Below, piece by piece: positions 34,453 through 46,225 of a DNA stretch of 64,000 nucleotides. This DNA is from Ophelia neglecta (lineage: Eukaryota). Under the pieces are notes generated by a model, which did no database searches, was not told the DNA's origin, and saw nothing but the letters and a program-made list of their open reading frames with translations. The stretch lies in NCBI GenBank assembly GCA_965285935.1, contig OZ260666.1, positions 37,200,001 to 37,264,000 on the forward strand, in the 5' to 3' direction. Position 1 is the stretch's first letter. Every line of letters begins with the position of its first letter. A program made the position numbers and the translations under genes.

Positions 34453-36473
34453 AGCTACCTCTTCCTGGTCCTGGTGATGCTTCCCCTGTGTGCTCTCCTG
34501 ATTTAACGTACAGTCCCCCTCCCACCCATCCTATTCTCTCTGACCTCTTAATACCAGTACGCCAAAAGGCATCGGATGAAAAATACGTCGTGACTGTGAC
34601 CAACAGCTAGCAGTAATAGATGACCGCACAGAATTTGATATTTCTGAGCACATGGTCTTGGCTCCTAACACAGTTCGATCAGCAAAGATTATTGATCAAT
34701 CTGGAATGAGCGAAAATGGCCTTGTCGATAATGAGGAACTTTTACATATAGACACGCAACCATCATCTATGATGTCATTGTTACCCACGGATCAACGGAA
34801 GGCGGATTTTGTAAAACCCAAAGCAATTCGTGAATTTTGTGACGATGAATTAATGAGATACAACAATTGTATACTCTTTGGCCCTGAACCAGTAGAGTCG
34901 GCAAATGAACTGATTACACCAGATGAAATATTTATCCCAGATGATAAGGTTCATACTGTTGTGAATTTTGAAATATCAGAGAAGCGAGACACTGCCATTT
35001 CACAAGGGCAAAAAGCACAAAACCTGGCAATGGCCAAGCTTACGGATTTTCCCGTTCTCGTCAAATTCATGAAAGAAAATGAAGAAAACAGAGGAGAACA
35101 ACCCGAACCCATCGAGGATATACTAGAAAGGTTCTTCGACTCCATTTTGTCGGACACCAACCAAATGGAATCTACTCATGAACTAGCTATGCCGGAAGAA
35201 ATGTGCATGCGTTATGAAGATGTTCATATTGTTCAAAACTTTGAGGTTACAGAACCACAACAGAACTTAGCTGACATAACTAAACAAGAGGCAGAACAGC
35301 TTGCTGTAGCAGAAATGTTGGAATTGCCAGCTTTTATCAGATTTGTCGAAGAAACGGAAAAGTTGTCTGATGGAACGCCTGCTCCAATCGAAGATATCCT
35401 TAGGAAATTCTTCGATTCGATTATTAATGAAACAGAAAGTATAGAAACCACCACAGATTTAGAAATACCTGAATCGACGTATATAACAAACAATGAAGTT
35501 CATACTGTCGAGATTTTTCAAGTTCACAAAGATATGAAACGTGACCAATTCAAAGAACAAGAAGCAGGACAATTGGCGTTGGCAGACATGTTAGCTTTGC
35601 CCGCTTTCGTAACATTCTTAAAAAACAGAGACGATAAAGGCAGCAATGCAATAACTCTAACTGAAAATGTTCTATCGGAATTTTTTGATTCGATTCTGTT
35701 TGAAACAGAGCTACTTGAATTAACAATAGATATAAAACCGGTGGATGAGTGTTTGTTATGCGCTGAAGATCACATTACTTGTCAGCCAGAGACACTAAGC
35801 AGTAGGGGTTTAGTTGACGTTGTTATAGAGAGAGAACTAGTCAACTTACCAGAGGTAGAAAGTTCAAGTTTTCCAAGTAAAGAGTTCAAAGAAATTGAAC
35901 ATGTAGCTGCGAAACCAACGGACAATGATGTAGAAACGTCTGTCAAACGATTTTCTAACTTAGCCCTTTATGAAAGTGTGCTATATGAAACAACTGACCC
36001 AATGCATAGCCCAAAAGGATGTGAAGTAGAAAGCATTAGGACAGTCTCTAGGTTTGAAATAGCAGATATATATGAAACAGAATCACGGAAGAGACAAGAT
36101 TTTGATGTGGATCTTGATGAAGATTTCTACATTAAAATTCCAATTTTTGCTGATGATGAGCATCATCACAAACACCTGCAAAGATTCGAAACGAAACGAC
36201 GAAAACGATATCAAAGACTTGAATCTATTGAAGAAGAGCTAGTTCCTGAAATTGAGAGGCCAGTCATTACAGAAATAAAGTTATGCAAAGATGAGGCAAT
36301 TTCTCCCAAAGAGGAGGATATAATGGAGACAAGACCTGATGCTCAGAGCCAATCAGATATTGACAAGTTAACTGGAATGCCTCCCGCAGACTCGCTAGTA
36401 GGTGTCAGTTATGATGAAAGAAGGGAGTCAGACAGTACCATTCAGGAGGCGGATTCTGCCGTGGATGAATCAG
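34453..36473 (+). CDS. Large acidic non-Ig exon (~670 aa) with three ~91-aa repeats; apparent 1-nt frameshift at ~34579-34583
   Basis: Acceptor cacttttgtag|AG and donor TCAG|gtatcc are both phase 1; long ORF 34580-36586; 5' boundary uncertain. Confidence 0.7.
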
Positions 36474-37389
36474 GTATCCTGGCATTATCGTTGTGCACGA
36501 ACGACTCAAAACTAATAAAAAGAATCTTGCAGGTTATTCAATTCATTTCTGGACAATGTAATCAATATGTGCAACTCTTTGGGTAGGTTATGTGTCTTAC
36601 CAATATTTATACTAATCTTAAATCTATCTGAACAAATTATATCTATGTCTGTGTAGATGTTTTAGCTATCTATATACCTTAGCGAGCTTATGGTTGCATC
36701 GTAGGATACATGATGAAGTGGTTGAAACAGTTTATCATGGTCAGGTTACATATACAGCTATATGTAGACAACAAATGTGCATAAAAGCATCTATGGATCA
36801 AGTCTGACTTAACATGCTTTCCTTTTCTTACTTTCATTTCTCTTCTCTTTTATATGCTTCACTTTGTGTTTTTCTCGTATCATATATGTATTCATTTATA
36901 CCTGCTGCTCATCTTGTCTACACAGTAAGTCTGTAGAAGGAGTTCCATGTTATGGATTGTGTGTATGACCAGCTGGTATAGACAAAATGCAAATCCATTG
37001 ATTTTTCACCACGTTTTGGGGGTTAAGATCACATTCTTTGAACTTTGGTTCGAAAAAAACTGTATGAGCATTCTATCCATTGGCCTTTCTTTGTTAGAAA
37101 TATGCCATTCGTTACTTTATCATCACTGAGTCAGCATAGAATTCTCACCATTCATTTCATTTCTCAATAGAAACATATTTGAGGTGTGTTACTTTTCAGC
37201 ATGTATATAATAGGTGTCAGTTCTTTGTGGATAGTCAAAGTCCTCTAACATTCCTTCTTGGGTCATTTTTCATAAGAATGTGACTTTTGGTGTTTTGTCA
37301 ATGTTGTAAAAACTCAGAAATGAAGGCAGCTACGCAGATAAAACAGTTGGCCGTTTCCCAATTGATTCATACTTGATTTGATAATGCAG

Positions 37390-37518
37390 AGAAAATAACC
37401 CCTCCAGAGGACACACCTGCGGTGGAATTCATCCTCCCATCTACAGAGGAAGTTGTAGAGATGGACATGACTCTTCCTTTAGAGTCTGGACTAGGCACAT
37501 CAGCTGACGCTGAACAAG
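37390..37518 (+). CDS. Exon: 43-aa acidic linker (not in + ORF track)
   Basis: aatgcag|AG ... CAAG|gtacat; 129 nt, phase 1-1; EKITPPEDTPAVEFILPSTEEVVEMDMTLP. Confidence 0.75.
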
Positions 37519-38024
37519 GTACATTAACAGAGGCTGCGTAGAGTAGTAGAAATATGTTGTATCCGGAACCTGTAGACATAGGAGTCATTAAACCGTACCC
37601 AATGCCGTGAATCATGGAGTTACACAGAATGTCAGAGAATAGACCTATAAACAAGTTTGATCTGCTGTTGCGTGCCTACAAAAAGCCTCTAGTGTCTTTA
37701 TTAACTTGGTGTTGTATCCATCCTTCCATGTTGAAAGCCTGTAATTAGATTCAATAGATCTTTGCTTTACCCAACGCGTTTAGCTTTTGATATATGTGCT
37801 AGTTGCTTTCTCACTTAAGTTCCGATGCTGATATATCTTGTGCTACTTTTTCACATTTCACATTTGAAATCATTCGCCATTAATGTAAGAGATTTATGAG
37901 AAGGATCCATGTTTTCATATTTTGGCCCAAATTGGAGTCGTATCCCATTTCCTCGATTGTTTTTCATTTTTAAGAAGAAAATTCCTTTTATTTTGAAAAC
38001 TCATAAACACCTCTGCTCATGCAG

Positions 38025-38135
38025 AACCCGTTGAAACCACTGCTGAAATGGACTTCATTATTCCACCTCAAGAGGAGGAAGTTCAATTTGATTTTGCCTT
38101 ATCTCCTCAACCTGAATTATCTGATCTTCAAGCAG
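38025..38135 (+). CDS. Exon: 37-aa acidic linker (not in ORF track)
   Basis: ctcatgcag|AA ... GCAG|gtatta; 111 nt, phase 1-1; EPVETTAEMDFIIPPQEEEVQFDFALSP. Confidence 0.75.
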
Positions 38136-38456
38136 GTATTAAAACCTAGACTGCAGTATTAAGCAATAGTTAATTCTATAAAACTGATAAGAATATGAAG
38201 AAAATACGGCCCAATGCAAATATGCCTCACAAGAAGGATGACTTTGGCCCAAATTTTGCAGAGTTAACCTTGGTTCTGCTTTTTTTTATTCACAACCTTA
38301 ACTTCTTATGTTTATTTTTCTCATTCTGTCCCCAATGTGAAAATTTGGGCTTTATCAAATTGATGATGAACCTGATGATATTTGACCGATTTAATGCACA
38401 ATTCCTGACTAACAATTTAGTGTTGGCTGCCGGTATCCATTCCATTTTTAACGTAG

Positions 38457-38462
38457 ATTCTG
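38457..38462 (+). CDS. Candidate 6-nt microexon ATTCTG (or 42-nt form starting at 38421)
   Basis: gactaac branch point ... tccattccatttttaacgtag|ATTCTG|gtaagc; phase 1-1. Confidence 0.35.
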
Positions 38463-38554
38463 GTAAGCGTAACTGTTGACAATATAGTTAACGTTCAAGA
38501 TAATCGCTTCATTCAGGCAGTAATGGAATTCCCTTTTCCCTCCCTTTTTCTCAG

Positions 38555-38815
38555 ACATTCCTACCTTTACCATGCCCCTGAAGGAAATGTCTATAGTACC
38601 ACATGCAACGACATCATTTGAATGTGAAACTTCTCATGAAGAACCAGTCACATGGCTGAAAAATGGCACAGAGATACAACCAAGTAATAGGGTTAAACTA
38701 TCATCTAGACAGAATCGTCATTGTCTCACCATATTGGATACAATACCAGAAGATGAAGGAGAATATACAGCACAAATTGGAAATAATCTTACCTCCGCCA
38801 TTTTACATGTGGAAG
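38555..38815 (+). CDS. Exon: Ig domain
   Basis: tttttctcag|AC ... GAAG|gtacaa; 261 nt. Confidence 0.9.
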
Positions 38816-39013
38816 GTACAAGATAATAATCCACTTGTGTATTTTACATCTTAAATTTTGTGACATATCCGCGCAAAACGTTTAATTGTGGTTAATTTGT
38901 TGTGTACCGTGTACTTAAACCTTGTGCATATCCCGCTTACCTTTGAATATGTGAATTACATGTTTTGATCACCCCACCGTTAACCTTTGACTGTACATTT
39001 CCTGTTTTCCCAG

Positions 39014-39286
39014 ACCAACCTGTGTGTTTCACCCTTCCTCTTGAAGACACCTTTACCCAAACGGCTGAAACCACCACCCTTGTTTGTGAACTGTCCAAGG
39101 CTGACCAGAAAGTTAACTGGCTAAAAGATGGAAAAGTCATCAAGCCTAGTAAAAGGCTTCAAATGGCATCTGAAGGAACAAGACATTTGTTAACAATCAA
39201 TAAAACTAACCCAAAAGATGCCGCTCAGTACTCAGTCAAAGTTGACGACCAGTGGTCAACAGCCTCCCTGGTAGTTGCAGACAAAG
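39014..39286 (+). CDS. Exon: Ig domain
   Basis: ttttcccag|AC ... AAAG|gtatgt; 273 nt. Confidence 0.9.
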
Positions 39287-39533
39287 GTATGTGGATTGAA
39301 AATTTATCTCTGCATGGTTGTGTTGATTTACAATTCTTTCACCAGGTGGAATTTACTCTCCCATGTTCTTCTTTTCAGCTGCTGAACAGCAACTCTTTTG
39401 CCCATTTGCACAATACTTTCTTCCAGGAGATGTTCGCACAAGGAAAATTGAAGCTTATTATATCCAACAATGTATCAGATTCAGTTGACAGAATTTAATC
39501 TAATCACAATTTTTTAATTTTTGTACCATTCAG

Positions 39534-39800
39534 AGTTGCCTGCCAAAATCATCAAGCCTTTAGAAGACAAAACTATTGTGGAGAATGATAGTGCTACACT
39601 GGAGTGTGAAGTGTCCAAACCGGATGCAGAGGCCTTGTGGCTAAAAGACAAGGAGCCGTTTGTGCCTGAAGAGAACGTTGAAATAAGTGTGCAAGGCACT
39701 TTCCACCAGCTGGCTGTTAATGATGCTTCGCTGGATGATGAGGCCGAGTATACCATCAAAGTAGGAGAGGACGCATCGTCCGCTACACTCTGGGTTGAAG
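39534..39800 (+). CDS. Exon: Ig domain
   Basis: cattcag|AG ... GAAG|gtttgt; 267 nt. Confidence 0.9.
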
Positions 39801-40635
39801 GTTTGTACAAAAATATGCTCCCTTCCCGACATGAATGTAGTCTGCCTAACATAAGCTGCTTCTTATGATTAGATCATTAAAACATCATAATACATACAGC
39901 TTATAGTTAATGAAATTTTACACATATAATCCCTTCATTTATTAAGTGGTTTATGATTTTATCCCTCACTCCTTGATAATTAGTCAAAGCAGATGATAGC
40001 TTTGACTGGTCCATGATATTTGTCGAATGCTCCGCATTTCTAGCCATATAAATCCATTTAAATCCAATTTTGCATAGTCAAACAAATATATATCTGTTGT
40101 GCGTTAATAACTGTATGTATCTCCCTATATTCAAAATGATCTATGACAAGTAATATATAATATAACAATTATAGGTTAAACTTTATTAGATATCTGCAGA
40201 TATTGCTCAATATTAACACATTTATACTGTCGTGAAATATAACACGTCCAATGATTCAATTAAAAATAAGCTTCTTTACTTTTCCACAAGTTGTTAAGCT
40301 ATGATTGACCATACTAGAAAAGTATAATATCACATTTAATGAATTGTTTCGACTGGTGCAACACCTAATGAATTCAATACACAAATACTTTTACTATTTA
40401 AACCTTTTCAAGGAATCTTCCTTGAAATAATTACAAAGTGTTTTATGACTTTGGTCATTTACATTGACAATTGTAAATGATAAATAATTAAGGCGTAAAT
40501 TTTTTTTTTTTTCGGTGTCGTAACTTGATGAAAACTACCCTATTAAGCATATTTACATTATCCACTTTTGGAAAATCATCTTCGCATGTGCAACATAACT
40601 TTGCTGGTTTTAACTGAGTCATTCCGTTGATACAG

Positions 40636-40733
40636 AACTCCCTGTGACCTTCACTGTACCCCTGAAGGAGACCACTGTCAATGAACTGGACACTGCCACC
40701 CTTGAGTGTGAAGTATCCAAACCTGGCAAAAAG
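40636..40733 (+). CDS. Exon: Ig N-part
   Basis: gatacag|AA ... AAG|gtaagg; ELPVTFTVPLKETTV...LECEVSKPGKK. Confidence 0.9.
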
Positions 40734-40841
40734 GTAAGGCATATCCTTATAAATAAACCAGTAGTTTATCAAAGCTGAGTCTGATACCAAGTTTTGTACT
40801 TAATATATACGTTTTCTTATATGAATTTCATATTTTGCTAG

Positions 40842-41010
40842 GTGACCTGGTTCAAAGATGGTGTAGAAATAGTACCAGATGAGCACTTCGAGATTGTTGT
40901 TGATGGCACACATCACAAACTTGTGATTAAGGATGCCCAACTCGACCTTGATGCCGAATACTCGGCCAAGGTTGACGAAGAGAGCACCAGTGCCATGCTT
41001 CATGTACAGG
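40842..41010 (+). CDS. Exon: Ig C-part
   Basis: ttgctag|GTG ... CAGG|gtaaag. Confidence 0.9.
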
Positions 41011-41335
41011 GTAAAGCATTAACGCTGTTGACCATTATACTCTTAACTGATCTCAAGTCAGTTATTAACTAGTACATATATATGAATACTAGCATTAGAA
41101 ACAACTCTTAGCCGAAGTCTTAGCAAATGTATTGTCTATAGCCTATTTGCAATTTTCTTCATGTATTTTTGCTTACCTATTTATATAGACTAATGTCAGA
41201 TGCTGAATGCTAAATCCTCTACAATAGTTTCTCACTTGACACCCTTGACAAACAATGCATATATTTGGCTTATACGGTGATAAATCAATACTGTAAATCA
41301 TTTTTTAATGCAGTAGCTATAATTTTCATTGGTAG

Positions 41336-41475
41336 AAATCGACATTGAGTTTGTTATACCGCCCAAGGATGTCACATCCATGGAAAAGACTGAAGTCACC
41401 TTCACCGCTGTACTTAACAAGAAGAATGTTGATACAGTATGGCTGAAGAATGGAACAGAAGTCAAAAACATGCCG
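41336..41475 (+). CDS. Exon: Ig N-half
   Basis: ttggtag|AA ... CCG|gtaagt; EIDIEFVIPPKD...VWLKNG. Confidence 0.88.
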
Positions 41476-41594
41476 GTAAGTGTCTGAATTCTTCTTTAAA
41501 TTTCATGATATATTATTACTAGATAATAGTTACGTTTATGTTCCTTCGCTTAATATTTGCCTTGATGTCCAATTTTATTTATTTCACAACTTAG

Positions 41595-41727
41595 GAATAT
41601 GAAACTCGTAAGGATGGTACAAACCACTATTTCACAATCCTGAGTGCTACCATAGATGATTCAACCGAATATACAATTAAGGTGGTCAAGAATAACAAAG
41701 AGGCCAAAGCCAAACTGACCGTCGATG
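41595..41727 (+). CDS. Exon: Ig C-half
   Basis: aacttag|GAA ... GATG|gtcagt. Confidence 0.88.
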
Positions 41728-41882
41728 GTCAGTGCTCATTCAATCCATTTCCATGACATTATATGTCAACATACATACTCGATAACATAAATTTGATTTT
41801 TTGAAATACTTTTTATTAAACAAATTATGTATTTACTGAACATTTTCTCTGACTTACAAGTGTTATATTTATGCTGTTACAG

Positions 41883-41980
41883 AACAGCCTCCTGAGTTCA
41901 GATCCCGTCTACGGGACCAGAAGGTCATGGAGAAAGACACGGTCACCTTCCAAATCCAGCTCAACAAACCAAATATCCAG
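41883..41980 (+). CDS. Exon: Ig N-part
   Basis: gttacag|AA ... CAG|gtctgt; EQPPEFRSRLRDQKV. Confidence 0.88.
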
Positions 41981-42095
41981 GTCTGTACCATATTTCTTAA
42001 TCTACTAGACACGCTTGTTGTTATAAGCCAATGGAGAAATAATTCAAATTACTAGTGCTTTCAAAATTCCTTTCTAATTTATTTATAATCCGCAG

Positions 42096-42267
42096 GTGAA
42101 GTGGAACAAAAATGGCACAGAACTGAAGGAGGACAACAGAATCAAGTTTGAATCAGAAGGTACTATGTATAAACTTGTGGTGAAGAATGCCCAACTTGAC
42201 GATGCTGACCAGTATATTATGACCCTGCCCACTGGAGAAAAGAGCAAGGCTATGCTTACAATCGAAG
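42096..42267 (+). CDS. Exon: Ig C-part
   Basis: tccgcag|GTG ... GAAG|gtatgt. Confidence 0.9.
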
Positions 42268-42581
42268 GTATGTACAACTTATGTAAAACATCTCGCTGTT
42301 GGTATAAAAATACGGCCCAAACATTCAACAATTATTTCTGCACTAATGTAATCAGCTATTGATATTTATGAAGAAAAAACTGAATTGATTTCTTATTTAT
42401 TTCATACAAATCATACCATTTACATATATTTCAATTACTACAAACATTATAAGTAGATCCCTTCTCCTTTTTTTCAAGTTCCAACAAGTTGGTTGCCGAT
42501 ACACAAACGAAATGTTTATTAACCTTTGATATTTTACCCAATATTCTCGAATGACAGTATGAGTGACTATTGTTATCACAG

Positions 42582-42848
42582 AGTTGCCTATAGAGATCCA
42601 GAAAGAGCTGACCAGCTATGAAGTTGAGGAGAAGGAGACAGCCACCTTTGTGTGTGAACTCTCCAAGCCTGACCAGCCAGTCACCTGGTACTTGAAAGGA
42701 AAAGAAGTCAAGCCCAGCGACAAGTTTATCATTGAGACCCATGGACATGAATATAAACTTACAATCAAAGATTGTAAGTTGGAGGATACTGCTGGTGTCA
42801 GTATAGTCTGCAAGGATTGCAAGTCGCAGGCGGAACTCACTGTTACAG
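42582..42848 (+). CDS. Exon: Ig domain
   Basis: atcacag|AG ... ACAG|gtaaac; 267 nt. Confidence 0.92.
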
Positions 42849-43138
42849 GTAAACATAAATATACATATGAATTAGTTGAGACTTTATGGTCGAATAAAAA
42901 AAGGGAAATACAGTAGTTGTATTTTTATATTTAAAAAATGCAGTGTAAAACATTTAAAAAAAATTACTGATCTGCCTTTTTTTCGTAGGAGAGTAGGATT
43001 TTATTGAATATCACATGCATTCATGTTATGAGTTTTGTGACTGATTGCTAAAATCCTTTCATTTTAATATATACAATTTAAATATTAATTGTTTTATCTA
43101 AATCCGAATATATTTTCTTTCCTTCTTTCCATAAACAG

Positions 43139-43411
43139 AAGCACCACACGTGTTTACATCTGAGCTGAAGGATGCAGAGATCTGGGAGAAGGAGACCACA
43201 GAGTTAGTATGTGAGACTTCCAAGCCTGATGTCAAAGTCAAGTGGTTCAAGAATGGTGAAGAGTTGACTGACACCAAACACATCAAAATCACCAATGACG
43301 GTGCGGTCCAGAAACTGACCATCACGGAGGCCAAAAAGGGCCACTCTGGCGACTACTCCTGTATGGTTGTCAGCAGCAGAGCCGTTACCAAGTGTAAAGT
43401 GGTCGTCAAAG
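43139..43411 (+). CDS. Exon: Ig domain
   Basis: aaacag|AA ... AAAG|gtaagt; 273 nt. Confidence 0.92.
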
Positions 43412-43661
43412 GTAAGTCTTCCATAGATCCCATAGATGTACATGTACATCATATAAATAAAATTGTTTATTTAACTTAATTTACCAAACGTTTTGAAAAT
43501 GAAATATTAACAATTGGGACATAACAAATTTGTTTACATACATTGTATAATAATTTCTAAACCAGTCTGTCTTAAAAAATATATATGTAGACAGAATTTC
43601 TGTGTATACATGCTTTTTCATTGCGTTTTGTTTAGTGACTTAATAATCTTTATCTTGACAG

Positions 43662-43931
43662 AATTGCCTGTAGAGTTTATCTCCCCCTTAACTGACCAAT
43701 CAGTTGTGGAGACTAAGAAAACAACCCTGCAGTGCACTCTGTCCAAGCCTAACAAGCCTGTGGTTTGGCTAAAGAATGGTAAGCCAATCCCCACAGAATC
43801 CAGCCATTATAACATTCAGTGTGATGACTACAACTACAGTCTAGTCATAGATGACGCTAACATGGATGATGGGGCCGAGTATTCTATTCAGTGCGAGGAT
43901 GTGGAATCTACATGTGTGCTCACAGTAGAAG
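43662..43931 (+). CDS. Exon: Ig domain
   Basis: ttgacag|AA ... GAAG|gtcagt; 270 nt. Confidence 0.92.
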
Positions 43932-44110
43932 GTCAGTATCATGGTATTACCAGGATAATCTTAGTAAGAACCGACACATTGTACATGCGTTGATAGCCAG
44001 GGTTAGCATGCATACATCAGATATTTGTCATCATAAATATATTAGAGGTTGTGAAACATACCCATAAGGTGGCAAAAATTAATATTGTATGATTTGATCT
44101 TTACATACAG

Positions 44111-44395
44111 AGGCCCCGTGTGAGATCAAGGTCCCTCTGAAGGATGATGAGACCATGGAGGGAGAGTCAGTCACACTTGTAATTGAGATCACTAAGCCCA
44201 GGAATGTGACCTGGCAGAAGGCTGGTAAGGCTGTCGATGTGTCAGACAGGTTTGTGATCGAGGTTAGCGAGGATGGCCTGAAGCACACCCTCACTATCAA
44301 GGACTGTACTCTGGAGGAGACGACTGAATTCACGGCTGTTATCCAGGACAACCAATATGGCGAGATATCTACCTCCGCAAATCTCACAGTCAAAG
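44111..44395 (+). CDS. Exon: Ig domain
   Basis: catacag|AG ... AAAG|gtcaga; 285 nt. Confidence 0.92.
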
Positions 44396-44543
44396 GTCAG
44401 ATACGCATAATGATTAGTCAAAAATGATCAAGTTAAGCATAAGCGATGTTTAAAGTTTGTTATGTATGAATGTATATGTATTCATATAAAAGATTAAAAG
44501 TGCCTTTTCAAATACGCTACAAGATGATATATCCATTTTACAG

Positions 44544-44813
44544 AAGCACCTGTTGAAATCATTGTGCCTGTGAAGGACATTGATGGTCTTGAAAAGGATA
44601 CGGTCAAATTTACCTGCACACTGTCCAAATCCGACCGCAAGGACGGCAAATGGTACAAAGATGACAATGAGATAACTGTCTCTGAGCATTTTATCATAAG
44701 TACCGATGGGCCTAACCAGACTCTTGAAGTTGCTGAACTCACCATTGAGGACAGAGGAGTGTACAGATACTCCATTGAAAATGTATCAACATCAGCAACC
44801 CTTCACATAGGTG
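44544..44813 (+). CDS. Exon: Ig domain
   Basis: tttacag|AA ... GGTG|gtatgt; 270 nt. Confidence 0.92.
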
Positions 44814-44926
44814 GTATGTACCAGGTCCATTGCTTAATCTAAATCTTCTGCTACAAATCTTAATGATGTATACCTGACCCAATGTGTGCTAGGTGTATTA
44901 ACAATATGCCCCCCTTTGTATTACAG

Positions 44927-45190
44927 AGCTGCCAGTAGAGATCACAGCTCCCCTTGGCGATTACAAGGTCATGGAGAAGGAGACTATTACCCTAACCTGT
45001 GAGGTATCCAAACCAGACCATGTTGCCACATGGCTTAAAGATGGCCAGCCAATCCCCAAAGATAGATTTGAGCCACATGTAGAAGGCACGAAACACACTC
45101 TGACAATTACTAATGCTCACTTAGATGATGAGGATAAATACACTATTAAGGTGGAAAGTGCTGAGTCTACGGGAAAGCTTGTCGTTGAGG
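44927..45190 (+). CDS. Exon: Ig domain
   Basis: attacag|AG ... GAGG|gtgagt; 264 nt. Confidence 0.92.
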
Positions 45191-45422
45191 GTGAGTTACC
45201 AGTTTGTCATTATGCTACTTTTTTCCATTACAAGTTTATTTAATGTCAGGGATATGGGGTTGATGTATGTGGGCTGTGGCCGATTGATTAATAAATTTGT
45301 TTCGTCTGCCGGTCACCCACTCTTCTTTTTTCTATATAAGTGCTTGAAAAATATATCTGTTCATCAACGAAATACATGTTAATTTTTTGACATTCACTAT
45401 ATTATGCAATATAACATTACAG

Positions 45423-45692
45423 AAGCACCAGCTGAATTCCTGAAGCCACTGAAGGACATAAAGGTAAAAGAGTTGGACACTGCTATGTTCAAGTGTTCCA
45501 TCTCTAAGGCCAACCTGAAAGTGAAATGGCTGAAAGATGGCAAGGAGATCACCATGGATGAGAGGGTCAGTGCTGTATGTGTAGACAACGACTACGAACT
45601 GTTGATCCTTAAATGTGAACTGGAAGACCAGTCAAAATATACCATTGTTGCTGAAGAAGGCGTTGAGTCGGTTGCTAAACTTACTGTTGAGG
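45423..45692 (+). CDS. Exon: Ig domain
   Basis: attacag|AA ... GAGG|gtaaat; 270 nt. Confidence 0.92.
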
Positions 45693-45804
45693 GTAAATAT
45701 TTTATACCATTATGTTATTGAAAATATAAAGAAATGTGTAAATATAGTAATTATAGATTCAGTATCACATGATTTTTTTTCAATTCTGTATGATTCTCTT
45801 GCAG

Positions 45805-46083
45805 AACTTCCAATTGAGTTTACTAAAGTCTTGTCCAACCTTGAGATCTATGAAAAGCAAACTGCTACATTCGAGACCGAAGTCTCCAAGCCTAACCAAC
45901 AGGCTAAATGGTTCCAGAACGGTGATGAGATCAAGCCTGGAACTCCTGATTGGGAACGCTTCCAGACCGTTGTTGATGGAAACATCCACAGACTTATCAT
46001 TACTGATGCCCACTTGGATGACACCAGGAAATACTCCATCAAAATCAAGGACAAGAAGTCATCTGCCAAGTTGACTGTTCTTG
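45805..46083 (+). CDS. Exon: Ig domain
   Basis: cttgcag|AA ... CTTG|gttagt; 279 nt. Confidence 0.92.
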
Positions 46084-46225
46084 GTTAGTACTGTTTGTTT
46101 TCGAAATACCAGGACACCATAAAAAACATAAATATACTTTGGACACAATACATGTGAAATCGTATTCAAACACACAGGTAACCTGTATATTCATTTACAT
46201 GTACCTTGTTCTTGTTACCCTACAG

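Noticed and set aside
35125-35700. RFFDS/KFFDS/EFFDS, and EYQDAS at ~20385, as FFAT (VAP-binding) motifs
   Set aside because: The FFDS copies sit in a predicted amphipathic helix without the upstream acidic tract or the +7 Glu, and EYQDASR is a weak match. Not enough to claim.
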